NCBI GenBank assembly: GCA_965262915.1
Contig: OZ253564.1
Coordinates: forward strand, 1,312,001-1,376,000
Reading direction: 5' to 3'
Source: Candidatus Spongiisociaceae bacterium
Lineage (GTDB): Bacteria > Actinomycetota > Acidimicrobiia > Spongiisociales > Spongiisociaceae
Length of the DNA: 64,000 nt
The position numbers were made by a program, and so were the translations under genes. Below are positions 28,982 through 39,732 of this stretch, one piece after another. The notes under the pieces are model-generated. The model was not told where the DNA came from, did not search any database, and was given only the letters and a program-made list of their open reading frames with translations. The first letter of the stretch is position 1. Each line of letters begins with the position of its first letter.

Positions 28982-30777
28982 CCCCAATTCTTCATGGGTT
29001 GGCGGGTTGGGGGGTGTGAGCGGCTTGGGGTGGGGTGCTGGGGTGGTTGTCTTGGGTTGGCCGGTTCTGGGGGTGTTGGGGTGTGTTGGGGTGGGCTCGT
29101 AGGGGGTGGGGTTGGTGTTCGGGGCGTGGTCGGGTTGGGGTTCGAGGTGTGTGTTGGGGGTTCGGTTCATGAACCGTACCGGGTTTCCCGGGGCGATTCA
29201 TCAGGGTTAGAGGGTCTGGATTTGTTGGTGGGTGGTTGCGATGAGGGTGGCGGTGGGCCAGGTGGTTGGTATTCGGAGGGTGGTTTGTCGGCTGTGGCGT
29301 GCGATGACGCCGGGTATGTGCCATAGGTTCGGGCGCAGTGTTTTGGGTTTGGCTCGGGTGAGGGGGTGGTGTTTGGGTAGGGAGAGTTTCTGGAACCAGC
29401 GGACCAGGGTGTCGGCGAGGGCGACGATGTGGAGCCAGAGCCGGTTAGGGGCGTATCTGGCGAATGGGAAGCGGTTGCCGCCGTGGTCTTTGACGCGGGC
29501 GATGTGGGTTTCGACTCGGGCGTGGGCGCGCATGTCGCGGTCGGATTCGGGGGCGGGTGGGGGTTGGTCGGTCCAGTGTCCCCAGTATCGGTAGCGTTCG
29601 GAGCCGAACAGGGAAGTTTGCGCGCCGGGGTGGAGGGGTTCGCGTCTGATGACGAGTCGGAGGTCTTCGGGCCAGTTGTAGGCTTTGACGTGGTCGGTGA
29701 GTTCGATCACATGGGCACGAACCGGCTTAGGTTCCAGATCTTCGGTTTTGTTGTCGGAGCGGACAGCGTCGGGTCCCTCCTCCGGGTTGTCGACCCCTGC
29801 GGTGTTCGGGTTGTTGTGTTGGGCTGGTCTGGGTTGGGGAAGGGCGGGCTGCCAGCGTGGGTCGTCTACGGGGATGTGGCTGAGGGCTTCCGCGATCCCG
29901 TCGGATCTTCGAGCAACGAAACTGAACCCGATGTTACGTTTGCGGCATTCGGTAGCGAACGCGGGTCCCGCCGCGGAGTCGGCCCGGACCCGGATCGGAT
30001 AGACCACCCGCTCGGGGTCGTCACCCGGCGAATGCCCCACCCGCATCCGGGCGGGCAGCGCCCTGATAGCCGCGTCCAGCACCTCTGTCAGGTCCGAAAC
30101 CTGATTAGGGGTTGCGTCACCCCGCCGCAGCCGAACAGCGAGCGGCTCCCCCGTCCAGTCCCCAAAGCAGTACATGGGATGGAACCCGTACTTGTAGTTA
30201 TAGGTCGGCGCGGCGCCCGCCTTGTTCTCCGAATGCACCTCATGGATCGACGAATCGATATCCAAGATCACCGTCTCGCCTTCGGGATAGTCAGCCCACA
30301 CCCGCTCCCGGACCCTGACCATCGCCCCGGCCAGCCTCTCCAACGACCCCTCATCCGCCCCGGTGAGGGTCCGGTACAGGGTCGAGTCCGACGCCACCTC
30401 GCCGAACAATCCCCGCTGGGAACGCAACGTCTCGATGTCAGTGCAAGCCTCCCCACCCCCGGCCAACACGAGCATCAAATGAACCAGCACCCGGCCCCGA
30501 TCACCAACCACCCCCGAAGAACCGAACGCTTCTGACAGCACTTCGCCCACCCACATACGATCCGCGAACCGGCCCAACAGCCACAACCCCACATGACCCA
30601 CCTGGCCGCCACCCCCCACCTCGACCCTCAACGCCAAACTGCTGTTAGCCTTCACCATACGGGTGCCCTCCTGACTGCGACCACGGACGATTACTTCACC
30701 GCCCATAATCGCAGGTCAGAAGGGCATTCCCGTGTCAAACCACCCACCCCCACCACCAACCCCATGAAGAATCAGGG
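28982..30777 (-). mobile_element. IS1380-family element, copy 1
   Basis: TIRs CCCCAATTCTTCATGGG / CCCATGAAGAATCAGGG; CTAG duplication at 28978 and 30778. Confidence 0.9.
29207..30658 (-). CDS. IS1380 transposase
   Basis: VASDSTLYR, LDIDS, YGFHP, RADSA and ARVETHI DDE motifs. Confidence 0.9.
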   Translation of the reverse strand: MVKANSSLALRVEVGGGGQVGHVGLWLLGRFADRMWVGEVLSEAFGSSGVVGDRGRVLVHLMLVLAGGGEACTDIETLRSQRGLFGEVASDSTLYRTLTGADEGSLERLAGAMVRVRERVWADYPEGETVILDIDSSIHEVHSENKAGAAPTYNYKYGFHPMYCFGDWTGEPLAVRLRRGDATPNQVSDLTEVLDAAIRALPARMRVGHSPGDDPERVVYPIRVRADSAAGPAFATECRKRNIGFSFVARRSDGIAEALSHIPVDDPRWQPALPQPRPAQHNNPNTAGVDNPEEGPDAVRSDNKTEDLEPKPVRAHVIELTDHVKAYNWPEDLRLVIRREPLHPGAQTSLFGSERYRYWGHWTDQPPPAPESDRDMRAHARVETHIARVKDHGGNRFPFARYAPNRLWLHIVALADTLVRWFQKLSLPKHHPLTRAKPKTLRPNLWHIPGVIARHSRQTTLRIPTTWPTATLIATTHQQIQTL

Positions 30778-31689
30778 CTAGTCGGAGGTCTCCTCTTCAA
30801 CCTCGGGCAGCGCCCGCAACTCGAAGACCATCGTGATGCGGGAGGTGACTACCTCAGCGCCCCCGAACACGGGTGTCGGCACGGAGACCGAGTCCGAAGC
30901 CTCGGCCACTACCCCATCGAGTCCTAATCTGCGGCGGTCTCCGTACGGGTCGAAGCCGCCACCTGGCATCATCCTGACGATCCGCACGATCTCGTACCCC
31001 ATGTGATCGGCGATGGCTTGGGCGGTCGCCCGGGCGTCGTCGATGGCGTCGAGCAGCGCGAGCCGTTCGAATTCTGCGCGGCGGGAGACGGTGAAGTCCA
31101 GTCCTTCGAACCGGACGTTGTCTCCCCCGCTCGTGATCACCAAGTCGACCAGCCCGCCGGCGAATCCCGTGCCGCGGATAGCAATAGTGAGCCGGTTCTC
31201 GTAGCGGAAGCCGTTCGAGACCTGGCCCTGTTCGGTCCAGTCGAACTCCTCCTGGATACGGATGCCCACCGTCTGCAAGCCGCGCGGGGAGATGCACGTC
31301 GGGTCGGTCGTGTGATCGGCGTCCTCCGGTTCCCCCTCGGTGCACTTCTCCTCGACCGCGTCGGCAATGGCCTGGACCGTCGCGTTACCGTCCGACACCG
31401 CGGTGATGAGCGAATCGCGCAGCACGCTCACCGTGAACCGGCCGATCGCTCCGTCATAGTTGACGCTGCGCGAACCGATGCCCTCCACCGTGAGTTCCGT
31501 CAGCTCTTCCCGTTCCGACCGAACCTCATCGTCGGGCATGATCGACGCGCGCTCCTGCACGCCATTCGCTCGCGCGGCGTGGGTCAGTGAGGGCGCGCTC
31601 ACCGCTCCCAGCACTACAAGCACCGCCAGCCCGACTACGACCATCCGGCGCAGGCCCGGAATCCGTATCGCTTCCCTCATGTTGATCAC
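30778..31689 (-). CDS. SIMPL/DUF541 exported protein
   Basis: Signal/TM segment; LTVEG.G, AIDDARATAQAIA and ITMVFEL. Confidence 0.8.
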   Translation of the reverse strand: MINMREAIRIPGLRRMVVVGLAVLVVLGAVSAPSLTHAARANGVQERASIMPDDEVRSEREELTELTVEGIGSRSVNYDGAIGRFTVSVLRDSLITAVSDGNATVQAIADAVEEKCTEGEPEDADHTTDPTCISPRGLQTVGIRIQEEFDWTEQGQVSNGFRYENRLTIAIRGTGFAGGLVDLVITSGGDNVRFEGLDFTVSRRAEFERLALLDAIDDARATAQAIADHMGYEIVRIVRMMPGGGFDPYGDRRRLGLDGVVAEASDSVSVPTPVFGGAEVVTSRITMVFELRALPEVEEETSD

Positions 31690-31855
31690 TCCACTTCGCT
31701 AGCAATTGGCGGTCGGTCAAGCCGACGCCTGATTGTCCCACGTCGACAGGACCTCGGGGTGGCACCCTGGTCGTGATCGACGAGGCTCAGGATGCCCCAG
31801 CCGAGCCGCAGTTTGGCTCTTGACGGCCTCGAGACGAACTCGGAACAGCACCTAG

Positions 31856-31953
31856 GAGAATGCTGAAAAACGGGTAATTGGTTGGCCCGTCGTCCGCTGA
31901 CGTGGCATTTTGTCATCGACCGCCGGGCCAACGGGGGGTTTCTCAGCACTCTC
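31856..31953. mobile_element. MITE with IS1182-like ends
   Basis: TIRs GAGAATGCTGAAAAAC / GTTTCTCAGCACTCTC; CTAG on both sides; internal TTGGCCCG...CGGGCCAA stem. Confidence 0.8.
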
Positions 31954-33285
31954 CTAGTACAACGCGGCGAGTTCTTTGGCGCTGTGGACTGACTCGACCG
32001 ACCAGAGAGCTTCCAGTAGGCGGGCGGCGCGCTCATCGCCGATTTCGGGCCGGACCTGGCGGAGGAACTTGCTGTCGAGCATCTCTCGCGGTATCGGCTT
32101 GCCTGGCCCGCCGATGGCGTTGCACATCGTGACCGACCGGCGAATAGTTCTTCCTCGGGCGCGGATCTCGACCGTGTTGATCACGTCTGCCAGGTAGCGG
32201 GAGTCCCAGATGCGGGTAGAGGCCTTGTCTTCCTCGATCTCGATGGAGGCGGCCAACTCCCGTGCTGTCGGATCAACGAGCCGTTGTTCCGTGAACCACT
32301 CGGGCCCCGGTTCGACATCGAGCAGCGCTATGGCGGCTGCCCATTGCACGCTGTAGATCGCTTCCCAGTAGGTTTCCGGGCTGGGTTCGAACATGTGGGG
32401 CTTGAGGTAGAAGGCGGGCAGTCCCAGGGTTATACGGTCGATCTCGTCCAGGGACAGGTCATGTTCTGTGATCAGCTCTCGTAGTAGTTGGAGGGCACCG
32501 TGGCACTGGCGACTAGCGGGTCATACCTTGAGCTGGAGCTGGTCGGCGGTGTAGAAGAAGGGTTGGGGCGAGGTCTCCAGCTCATCGAGCCGGTACTCGT
32601 CGTCCCGGTGTTCGAGTTCGTCGGACAGCTCGCCGAAGCCGTTCATGGCGAGGAGAGCGGCCTGGATTCCCGCCTGGCACTGCCAGAGGTTGCCGAAACC
32701 GATCCGGCTGATCCGTTTGGGGGCCGGGGTCGCATCAGTAGGGACTTGCGCACCGGGTAGTTCCAGCTCAGCCCGAGCGCCAGGTTGGTCGTCCCCTCGT
32801 CGAGTCCCAACAGGCGGGCCGTGGCCAGCGTCAGGCACGCAGGGATGTGTCTCTGGATGTCACCGGCCCGGTTGGCGTAATGGAACCGGGCGTTTATCTC
32901 GTACACGATGCAGGCTGTGGCCAGCATCTCGGCGCCGTTCGCACCCGTGCGCTGGCCTACCGCCAGCACGGTGTGGATCAGCGAGGGAGCGAAGTGCAGC
33001 CCTGGTCCGCCTTCCTCGAAGTCCATCGTCCGCGCCATCTGGGCGTTGATCCCGGCGGCCAGCTCGCAGCTGGTCCTCCCACCGTTGCCGATCACCACCG
33101 CCTCGGCCCTGGCGCCGACCTCTCGGGCGTACGCAGCCAGTTGACGCCCGATGACGGGTACGCCTCCGTACGTGGTCCCCACGGTGTCGACGAAGGCGCG
33201 GCGCATCCGATCCAGGGGCTGCTTCGGGGATATCCCCGAGGTCGGTGTCCATCGTCTCCCCGATCAGCGATCTGGTTATGCCCAC
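31954..33285 (-). pseudogene. Divergent MmgE/PrpD family pseudogene
   Basis: Fragments AGINAQMARTMDFEE...YEINARF, LKV*PASRQCHGAL and GGPGKP...LDSKF; frameshifts plus TGA at 32521. Confidence 0.75.
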
Positions 33286-33289
33286 GCCC

Positions 33290-34327
33290 TCACCCCGCCT
33301 CGATGTCTCCCGTCGGTACCCCCTCGAGGACCGAGAGGCTGGAACCCTCCGCGGTGGGGATGATCCGCCGCAAGCAGAGTCCGCTCTGCTCGTAGAGGGA
33401 GCGGAACTCCGCGGCGTTACGCTCCCTGCCTCGGGTCAGGAGCATCATCCCGACATCCTGGGCCTTGTGCGGGTCCGGCTCGTTACCAGGCCGTATCACG
33501 GCCTCGACCACCAGAACCCGTCCGCCGGGTCGTACCGCGTCCTGGCAACGTCGAAGGAGGTCGACGGCAGTGGTGTCGTCCCAGTCGTGGACTATCCGTT
33601 TCAGAACGTAGACATCGCCGCCGGGCGGAACCGACTGGAAGAAATCCCCGGCTGCCAGACTGCATCGCTCCAGCAACTCTCCGTCGAGGAGGTCGGCATC
33701 CGCGACGACTTGGGCCTGGTCGAACAGGACTCCCCGTACCCTCGGGTAGCGTTGCAGCACCGCAGCGAGCAAGCCGCCCCTACCGCCACCCACGTCGACG
33801 ACCAGACGATGGCGGCCGAAGTCGTAGGCCGCCGCCACGGCCGCGTCCTCGGGACCCGATATCTGTGCCATCGCCTTGTCGAAGGCCGCGTTGGCTTGGG
33901 GATTATCGGCCAGGTAGTCGAACAGCGGTAACCCGTGAGCCCGGTCGAAGGCCGGCTCTCCCGTCATCACGGTGTGAGGAAGTTCGCCGTAGGTAGCCCA
34001 GATGAGATCCTGCCATTCCAGGCGCAGCCGGCTGCGCAGGGAGCCCTCCACCCCGGTCTGTAGCTCGGATGCCGCCGGCGTGAGGTGGAACCGCCGGTCA
34101 CCGTCCTCGGCGAAGATTCCCCGCGCGGCGAGCATCCGGAGGACACGGTACAGCGAGTCGGCGTACGCGCCGGTGGCAATCGCTAGTTCGGTGGCTGTAC
34201 GGGGCTGCTCGCTCAGGAGATCGGCGATGCCCAACTCGGCGACCATCTGGAGGCACCTCGCCGCGGCGACGCTGCCGATGATGTCGTGGATCGTCATGTC
34301 GTTCTCGTGGGTACCGGTGTCCGGCAT
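33290..34327 (-). CDS. SAM-dependent O-methyltransferase (dimerisation + Methyltransf_2)
   Basis: VDVGGGRG, GDFF, LKRIVHDWDD and GRER motifs. Confidence 0.9.
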   Translation of the reverse strand: MPDTGTHENDMTIHDIIGSVAAARCLQMVAELGIADLLSEQPRTATELAIATGAYADSLYRVLRMLAARGIFAEDGDRRFHLTPAASELQTGVEGSLRSRLRLEWQDLIWATYGELPHTVMTGEPAFDRAHGLPLFDYLADNPQANAAFDKAMAQISGPEDAAVAAAYDFGRHRLVVDVGGGRGGLLAAVLQRYPRVRGVLFDQAQVVADADLLDGELLERCSLAAGDFFQSVPPGGDVYVLKRIVHDWDDTTAVDLLRRCQDAVRPGGRVLVVEAVIRPGNEPDPHKAQDVGMMLLTRGRERNAAEFRSLYEQSGLCLRRIIPTAEGSSLSVLEGVPTGDIEAG

Positions 34328-34598
34328 CGCACATCAGGCTAGGCCGATCCCGTTGCGGCCGGGCCATACTGCGGCCAGAATCCTTACCGATGAGTATTAG
34401 CGAACCCTGGCCGAGGAGATCGTCCGCACTGATCGGGATTGCATCCCCGACGATGCTGCGGACCTCGTGAGGTCGATGCTCGTCGACCATGTTGGCATCG
34501 CGTTCATGGGGCATCGGTTCACCGGGGAAGGCCTGATCGGATACGCCCGCGATCTGGGAGGCCAGCAGGATGCGATCCTGTTGGGTACCCGGTACTAG

Positions 34599-36344
34599 GA
34601 GGGTGCTGATTTAGTCGCCTTGTCGGGGTACGGGCGGTTCGCGTTTTGTGTTTGTTGGGGGTATTGTAAGGGTCATGCAAGGATATGAAAGCTTCGACCG
34701 TGAGTTTCTGGACACAGCGGACCTGTGGCATCTGGTTCCGGTGGGGTCTGTGTACCGGTTCTTGGCCGAGAACCGCCGCCGTCTGTTTCCCGATGAGATG
34801 TTCGCCGATCTGTTCGGCCCGCGGGGTCGCCCGTCGATACCGGGTCCGGTGATTGGGGCGGTGATGGTTCTCCAGGCGTTGGAGTGCCTCTCGGATCGGG
34901 AAGCGATCCAGCGGCTGCGTCGTGATATAGCTTGGAAAGCCGCGACTGGTCTGTCGTTGACACATGGGGGGTTCCACCCGACGGTGCTGACCTTATGGCG
35001 GGCCCGCCTGCGTGCCAGCGACAAGCCGGAGCGTATCTTCGACGCGGTGCGTCAAGTAGTCACCGAGTCCGGCGTGTTGGCGACCAGGGACCGTCGGGCC
35101 CTGGACTCGACCATTTTGCACGACGCGGTCGCTACCGGGGACACGGTGACGATGATCTCATCGCAGATAAGGCGTTGCCGCCGTCTGATTCCGCAGGCAG
35201 CCGACCTGGTGCTGGTGGCCCATGACTACGAATCGGTGACCAAACCGTCCTGCGACTGGTCTGATCCCGATGCCCGCTCGGAGTTGGTGGACGGGCTGGT
35301 CACCGACGGGCTGAGGCTGATCGAAGCAGTCGAGGACATGAAGCTGGACCCCGAACAGGCCGACGCCCTAGGGCTGTTGGGAGTTGTCACAGGCCAAGAT
35401 GTGGAACCGGACCCCGATAGGGAGGGCCGATGGCGGATAGCTCGGCGTGTGGCCCGAGACCGGACCATATCGACGGTGGATCCCGAAGCCAGGCACGGTC
35501 ACAAGACCCGGACCCGCAAACGGGACGGGTACAAGGCCCATGTCGCTACCGAACCCGAAACCGGCCTGGTCACCGCCGCGGTCCTAACAGCTGCCAACAC
35601 CCCAGACGCCGACAGCATCGCGGATCTCGTTGCCGAAGCACCCCCGGGCGCCGAAATCGTCGCGGATTCGGCGTACGCGTCCGGTGCGGCCCTCGAAACG
35701 TTCGACGATCTCGGTCACACCCCGGTGACCAAACCAATCGTACGCAAACCCCACATCAAAGACGGGTTCCACCGCGACGACTTCGCCATCGACACCGGAG
35801 CCCGCACAGTCACCTGCCCCGCCGGGCACACCACCCACATACGCCCCGGAGGTACCGCCCCCTTCTCCAAACGATGCAACGGCTGCCCCCTGCGGACACG
35901 ATGCACCACCTCGGAGCGAGGACGGACCATCACAGTCGACAAACACCACGACCGTCGCGCCGCGAACAAAACACGGTGGGCCAAAGAAGAAACCCGCAAC
36001 ACCTACCGGAACTTGCGGCCGTCCGTGGAACGGACCATCGCCTGGCTCACCCGCCACAACCCCAGACGCGTACCCTACCGAGGAACCATCCCCAACCAGC
36101 AATGGCTCACCACCACAACAGCAGCCATCAACCTACAACGCCTCATCAACCTCGGACTCACCCACACAACCACCGGCTGGGTCCTCAACCCCGCCTAGAA
36201 CCCCAAAACCCGCCCGCCACCCCCAAAGAACCCCGCCACCGCCACCAACCGACCCAAAACACCCACCCCACAAGCCCCAACCAGCCCCACCACACCCAAC
36301 ACACCAACACAGCCAACTCGCCGAACCCGATAATCAGCAGGCTC
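34599..36344 (+). mobile_element. IS1182-family element
   Basis: TIRs GAGGGTGCTGATT / AATCAGCAGGCTC; CTAG at 34595 and 36345. Confidence 0.85.
34675..36198 (+). CDS. IS1182 transposase
   Basis: GRPSIP, SDRE, LDST, DPEARHG, GYKAH, ADSAY, CPAG and R..VER motifs. Confidence 0.85.
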   Translation: MQGYESFDREFLDTADLWHLVPVGSVYRFLAENRRRLFPDEMFADLFGPRGRPSIPGPVIGAVMVLQALECLSDREAIQRLRRDIAWKAATGLSLTHGGFHPTVLTLWRARLRASDKPERIFDAVRQVVTESGVLATRDRRALDSTILHDAVATGDTVTMISSQIRRCRRLIPQAADLVLVAHDYESVTKPSCDWSDPDARSELVDGLVTDGLRLIEAVEDMKLDPEQADALGLLGVVTGQDVEPDPDREGRWRIARRVARDRTISTVDPEARHGHKTRTRKRDGYKAHVATEPETGLVTAAVLTAANTPDADSIADLVAEAPPGAEIVADSAYASGAALETFDDLGHTPVTKPIVRKPHIKDGFHRDDFAIDTGARTVTCPAGHTTHIRPGGTAPFSKRCNGCPLRTRCTTSERGRTITVDKHHDRRAANKTRWAKEETRNTYRNLRPSVERTIAWLTRHNPRRVPYRGTIPNQQWLTTTTAAINLQRLINLGLTHTTTGWVLNPA

Positions 36345-36348
36345 CTAG

Positions 36349-37516
36349 TGTCCTGATTCCTTAGTTTCTTTGCCATATGCTGCTAGAATATGCAGGTCAG
36401 TAGCAGTCAGTAGTGGGAGCAGCGTATGGAGAAGCAGCGGGGTCGTAAAGCAGTGGTTATCGAGCTGGATGAAGAGGAACGCCAGACGCTCGAGCGGTGG
36501 ATACGGCGGCGTAGCACCGCACAAGGGTTAGCGATGCGGTCTCGTATCGTGCTGGGAGCGGCCGAAGGCCGCACCAATGTGGACATCGCAGCGGAGGTGG
36601 GCTGCAGCGGGGTTACGGTCTCGAAGTGGCGGAACCGTTTCGCCCGGCGCCGTCTCGACGGCCTCTACGACAATCCCCGCCCCGGGCCGCCCCGCCGCAT
36701 CGACGACGCCAAGGTAGAAGAAGTGGTGGTCAAGACCCTCGAGGAAACACCGAGAGACGCGACGCACTGGTCGACCCGGTCCATGGCGAGGGCCGTCGGC
36801 CTGTCCCAGTCGTCGATCCTAAGAATATGGCGGGCGTTCGGTCTCAAGCCGCACCGGACCGAGCATTTCAAGATATCTCCCGACCCCCAGTTCGTGGAAA
36901 AGGTCCGCGACCTGGCGGGTTTGTACCTGAACCCGCCCGACGCGGCGGTGGTGCTGTGTGTGGACCACAAATCCCAGATACAGGCCCTCGACCGCACCGC
37001 GCCGATCCTGCCCCTGTTGCCCGGAACCCCCCAGCGGCGCACCCACGACTACCGCCGGTACGGCACCACCAACCTCCACGCCGCGCTCGACACGGCCACC
37101 GGCCGGGTCATCACCTCCATGACACGACGCAACCGCACCCAAGAATTCCAGACGTTCCTAAACCTCATCAACCGCGAAGTCCCACCAGAACTCGACGTCC
37201 ATGTCGTGTTGGACAACGCGTCGCCCCACAAAACAGAGCCCATAGGGCGCTGGCTGCAACGCCATCCACGGTTCACGTTCCATTTCACACCCACCTACGC
37301 GTCGTGGATGAACCTCGTCGAGCGATGGTTCTCCGAACTCACCACCAAACAGATACGCCGAGGCACCCACCGATCCGTAGCCGAACTCACCGACGCCATC
37401 AACCAATGGACCCAACACTGGAACCAAAACCCCAAACCCTTCATCTGGCACAAAACCGCCGACCAAATCTTCGACAACCTCACCAACTATCTACAACGAA
37501 TCCCCGAATCAGGACA
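36349..37516 (+). mobile_element. IS630-family element
   Basis: Ends TAGTGTCCTGATTC / GAATCAGGACACTA; CTAG at 36345 and 37517. Confidence 0.9.
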
Positions 37517-37520
37517 CTAG
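36426..37520 (+). CDS. IS630 transposase
   Basis: HWSTR, VD(H)KSQIQ, YRRYGT, DNASPH and SWMNLVERWF. Confidence 0.9.
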   Translation: MEKQRGRKAVVIELDEEERQTLERWIRRRSTAQGLAMRSRIVLGAAEGRTNVDIAAEVGCSGVTVSKWRNRFARRRLDGLYDNPRPGPPRRIDDAKVEEVVVKTLEETPRDATHWSTRSMARAVGLSQSSILRIWRAFGLKPHRTEHFKISPDPQFVEKVRDLAGLYLNPPDAAVVLCVDHKSQIQALDRTAPILPLLPGTPQRRTHDYRRYGTTNLHAALDTATGRVITSMTRRNRTQEFQTFLNLINREVPPELDVHVVLDNASPHKTEPIGRWLQRHPRFTFHFTPTYASWMNLVERWFSELTTKQIRRGTHRSVAELTDAINQWTQHWNQNPKPFIWHKTADQIFDNLTNYLQRIPESGH

Positions 37521-37992
37521 GCCCCCGCGGAGGTAGCAGCGGGGGTCAACGGGCAGCTGGCCCAGAACGCCGGTATGGAGAACACCGGTCCCGGCCTTCA
37601 TGCCGGCCCGCTGGTGGTGCACACCGCTCTGGCCATGGGGCAGCGCACCGGGGCGGGCGGCGCCGACATGTTGACGGCCATCGCGCTGGGATACGACCTG
37701 AACGCCCGATTCCATCTGGCGCGCACCGCAGACGAGGATCTTCGCCATCTGAACATGGTGGGCGCGGCGGTGGCCGCCAAGCTGCTCGGACTCGACATAG
37801 GCACGACGGCGGATGCCCTCTCGATGGCCTGGGAGTTCCCGATGCGCCGGCGTCTCTACCTCAAACCCAAGGTACCGAAGCGGGTGAGCGCCTTCCCGAT
37901 GGGCCACCTCTTCACGGCCAGGGTCGGTGTTCAGGCTGCGCTCATGGCCCGCCACGGATACCCGAACCTGGTCGACGAGATCGACCAACTAG

Positions 37993-38818
37993 GGCCTGTT
38001 GACGCTTTTCGGTGCTCGCGTTTTGTGGTAGATTACAATATAATCGGTGTATGACGATTATACAAGAACAATACGAATGTATCGCTCATCTATTCCCGAC
38101 ACAGCGCGGCAACGTCAAGATATCAAACCTCGACATGCTCAACGCGATCCTCTACGTGGCGGAACACGGCTGCAAATGGCGGGGACGCCCACCGCGGTTC
38201 GGTAAGTGGTACACCATCTATAAGCGGATGAACCGCTGGGCCCGAAACCGAGTCCTAGACCGAATACTGAAGGGGTTAGCCCAAGAAGGGATCACAAACC
38301 TCAACACCGAAGTAGCCGGGATCGACTCCACAATCGTCAAGGTCCATCCCAACGGTACCGGCGCCCCAAAAAGGGGGTCCACAGTCCATCGGGAAGTCCC
38401 GCGGGGGGTGGACCACCAAGATTCACATGGTCGCCGCCGACGACCGAACCGCGATAACGTTGTCGCTGTCGCCGGGTCAAGCCCACGACGCCCCGACCGG
38501 ACGTGAACTACTCAAAGGCGTCGGCCGCCAGCCCGAAGACCGGTTCCTGGTAGCCGACCGGGCCTATGAAGGCGACGAAACACGCCAACTGGTTCCAGAT
38601 CTCGGGTTCACCCTGGTGGTTCCACCCAAGAGCAACCGCCGTAATCCCTGGGACTACAACCGCGAGTTAAACAAGAAACGCAACGAGGTAGAACGTCTGT
38701 TCCGACGGCTCAAAAGCTACCGTCGTATCTTCTCCCGCGACGACAAACTCGACGTGCTCTATATCGGGTTCATCACCTTCGTGCTCACAATCGAGGCCCT
38801 ACGTAATGTCAACAGGCC
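37993..38818 (+). mobile_element. IS5-family (IS427-like) element, two-ORF transposase 38051-38822
   Basis: TIRs GGCCTGTTGAC / GTCAACAGGCC; CTAG at 37989 and 38819; GCKWR, IDST, ADRAY and RNEVER motifs; A5G5 run at 38368. Confidence 0.85.
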
Positions 38819-39089
38819 CTAGCAGGCGTGGTTCGATTTGGGTCAACCAGGCGGCCGACAAATAGGACACGAGCCGACGCTACCACCGCTCGGCGGCCCG
38901 CCGGAAGCTGGCCGGGCCTAGGGGACGGCAGACCGGGGGTAGGGTGACCGTCCGGCAATCCCCGAGAGGCAGGCCCAAGGCGGTATCCTCGGGGGCAAGT
39001 GGGGATAGCCCCCCGCCCGGGACGTGGTGGCCGAAGACGGAAGGGAGCGACCGATGGGCGTCAGCGGCTGGCTCCGGATCGACCCCGAT

Positions 39090-39690
39090 CCGGATGTTGT
39101 TGTTGATGTCGATGAGCGCTACGTCCCCGTAGTGGGGAGCGTATGTGTCGTACCACTCTTGGGCATCTTCCCAGATGTCGAAGTCGGCGCAGCTGACCGT
39201 GTTCCCCGGGTTCGGTGGCACCGATGTCGTGGTTGTGAACCCAGTTGAGGAATCTACCTCGGTCTGGGCTGCTGAAGCCGCTGTGACGTTCGTCGTAGTA
39301 GTGGCGGCAGTTCCCGCGAGGCCGGTGGCAGACGTGCTGCCAGCCCGGGTTTCGTCGCATCGTGCGAGAGTGATCCCAGCTTGGAAGAGCCGCTCGAAGT
39401 ATTCGATGTTCTCCTGGTTGTCGTAAACGTATGCCAGCCCGAGCATCATCACGTCGCCGCCCAGGAACCCGAGCTGATCTAGCGACTCGCCAGCATCTTC
39501 CTCAAGGGTGTCGAACGTTGTAAGCCACTCGTTGTACGGGCCCCCAACCGCGAAGCCCATCTGAGCGAACTGGGGGTCGTCCTTGAACCCCTATAACTGT
39601 TCATAGAGGCCGATGATCTCCAACGACACCGACGACAGATCCTTGGGGACGCATTCTTTCTCGACAGGGTTAAGCCCGACGTTCATGGCA
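39090..39690 (-). pseudogene. Remnant of exported protein with Thr-rich linker and Excalibur-like Ca-binding motif
   Basis: SCADFDIWEDAQEWY...DINNN; in-frame TAG at 39591 with coding continuing upstream. Confidence 0.5.
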
Positions 39691-39732
39691 TCGGGGACCA
39701 TGAACGTCACCCGTGCAGCTATGGTTTCACAC

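Larger units (their letters stand above)
34390..37992 (+). pseudogene. MmgE/PrpD pseudogene split by IS1182+IS630 and cut by IS5
   Basis: 34390-34598 reads LAEEIVRTD...ILLGTRY*; the frame resumes at 37521 with APAEVAAGVNGQL...GLHAGP...YDLNARF; paralogous to 31954-33285. Confidence 0.75.

Noticed and set aside
32521-32523. Selenocysteine or UGA=Trp recoding in MmgE (also 21648)
   Set aside because: The position fits Trp, the gene has other lesions, and many intact genes here stop at TGA.
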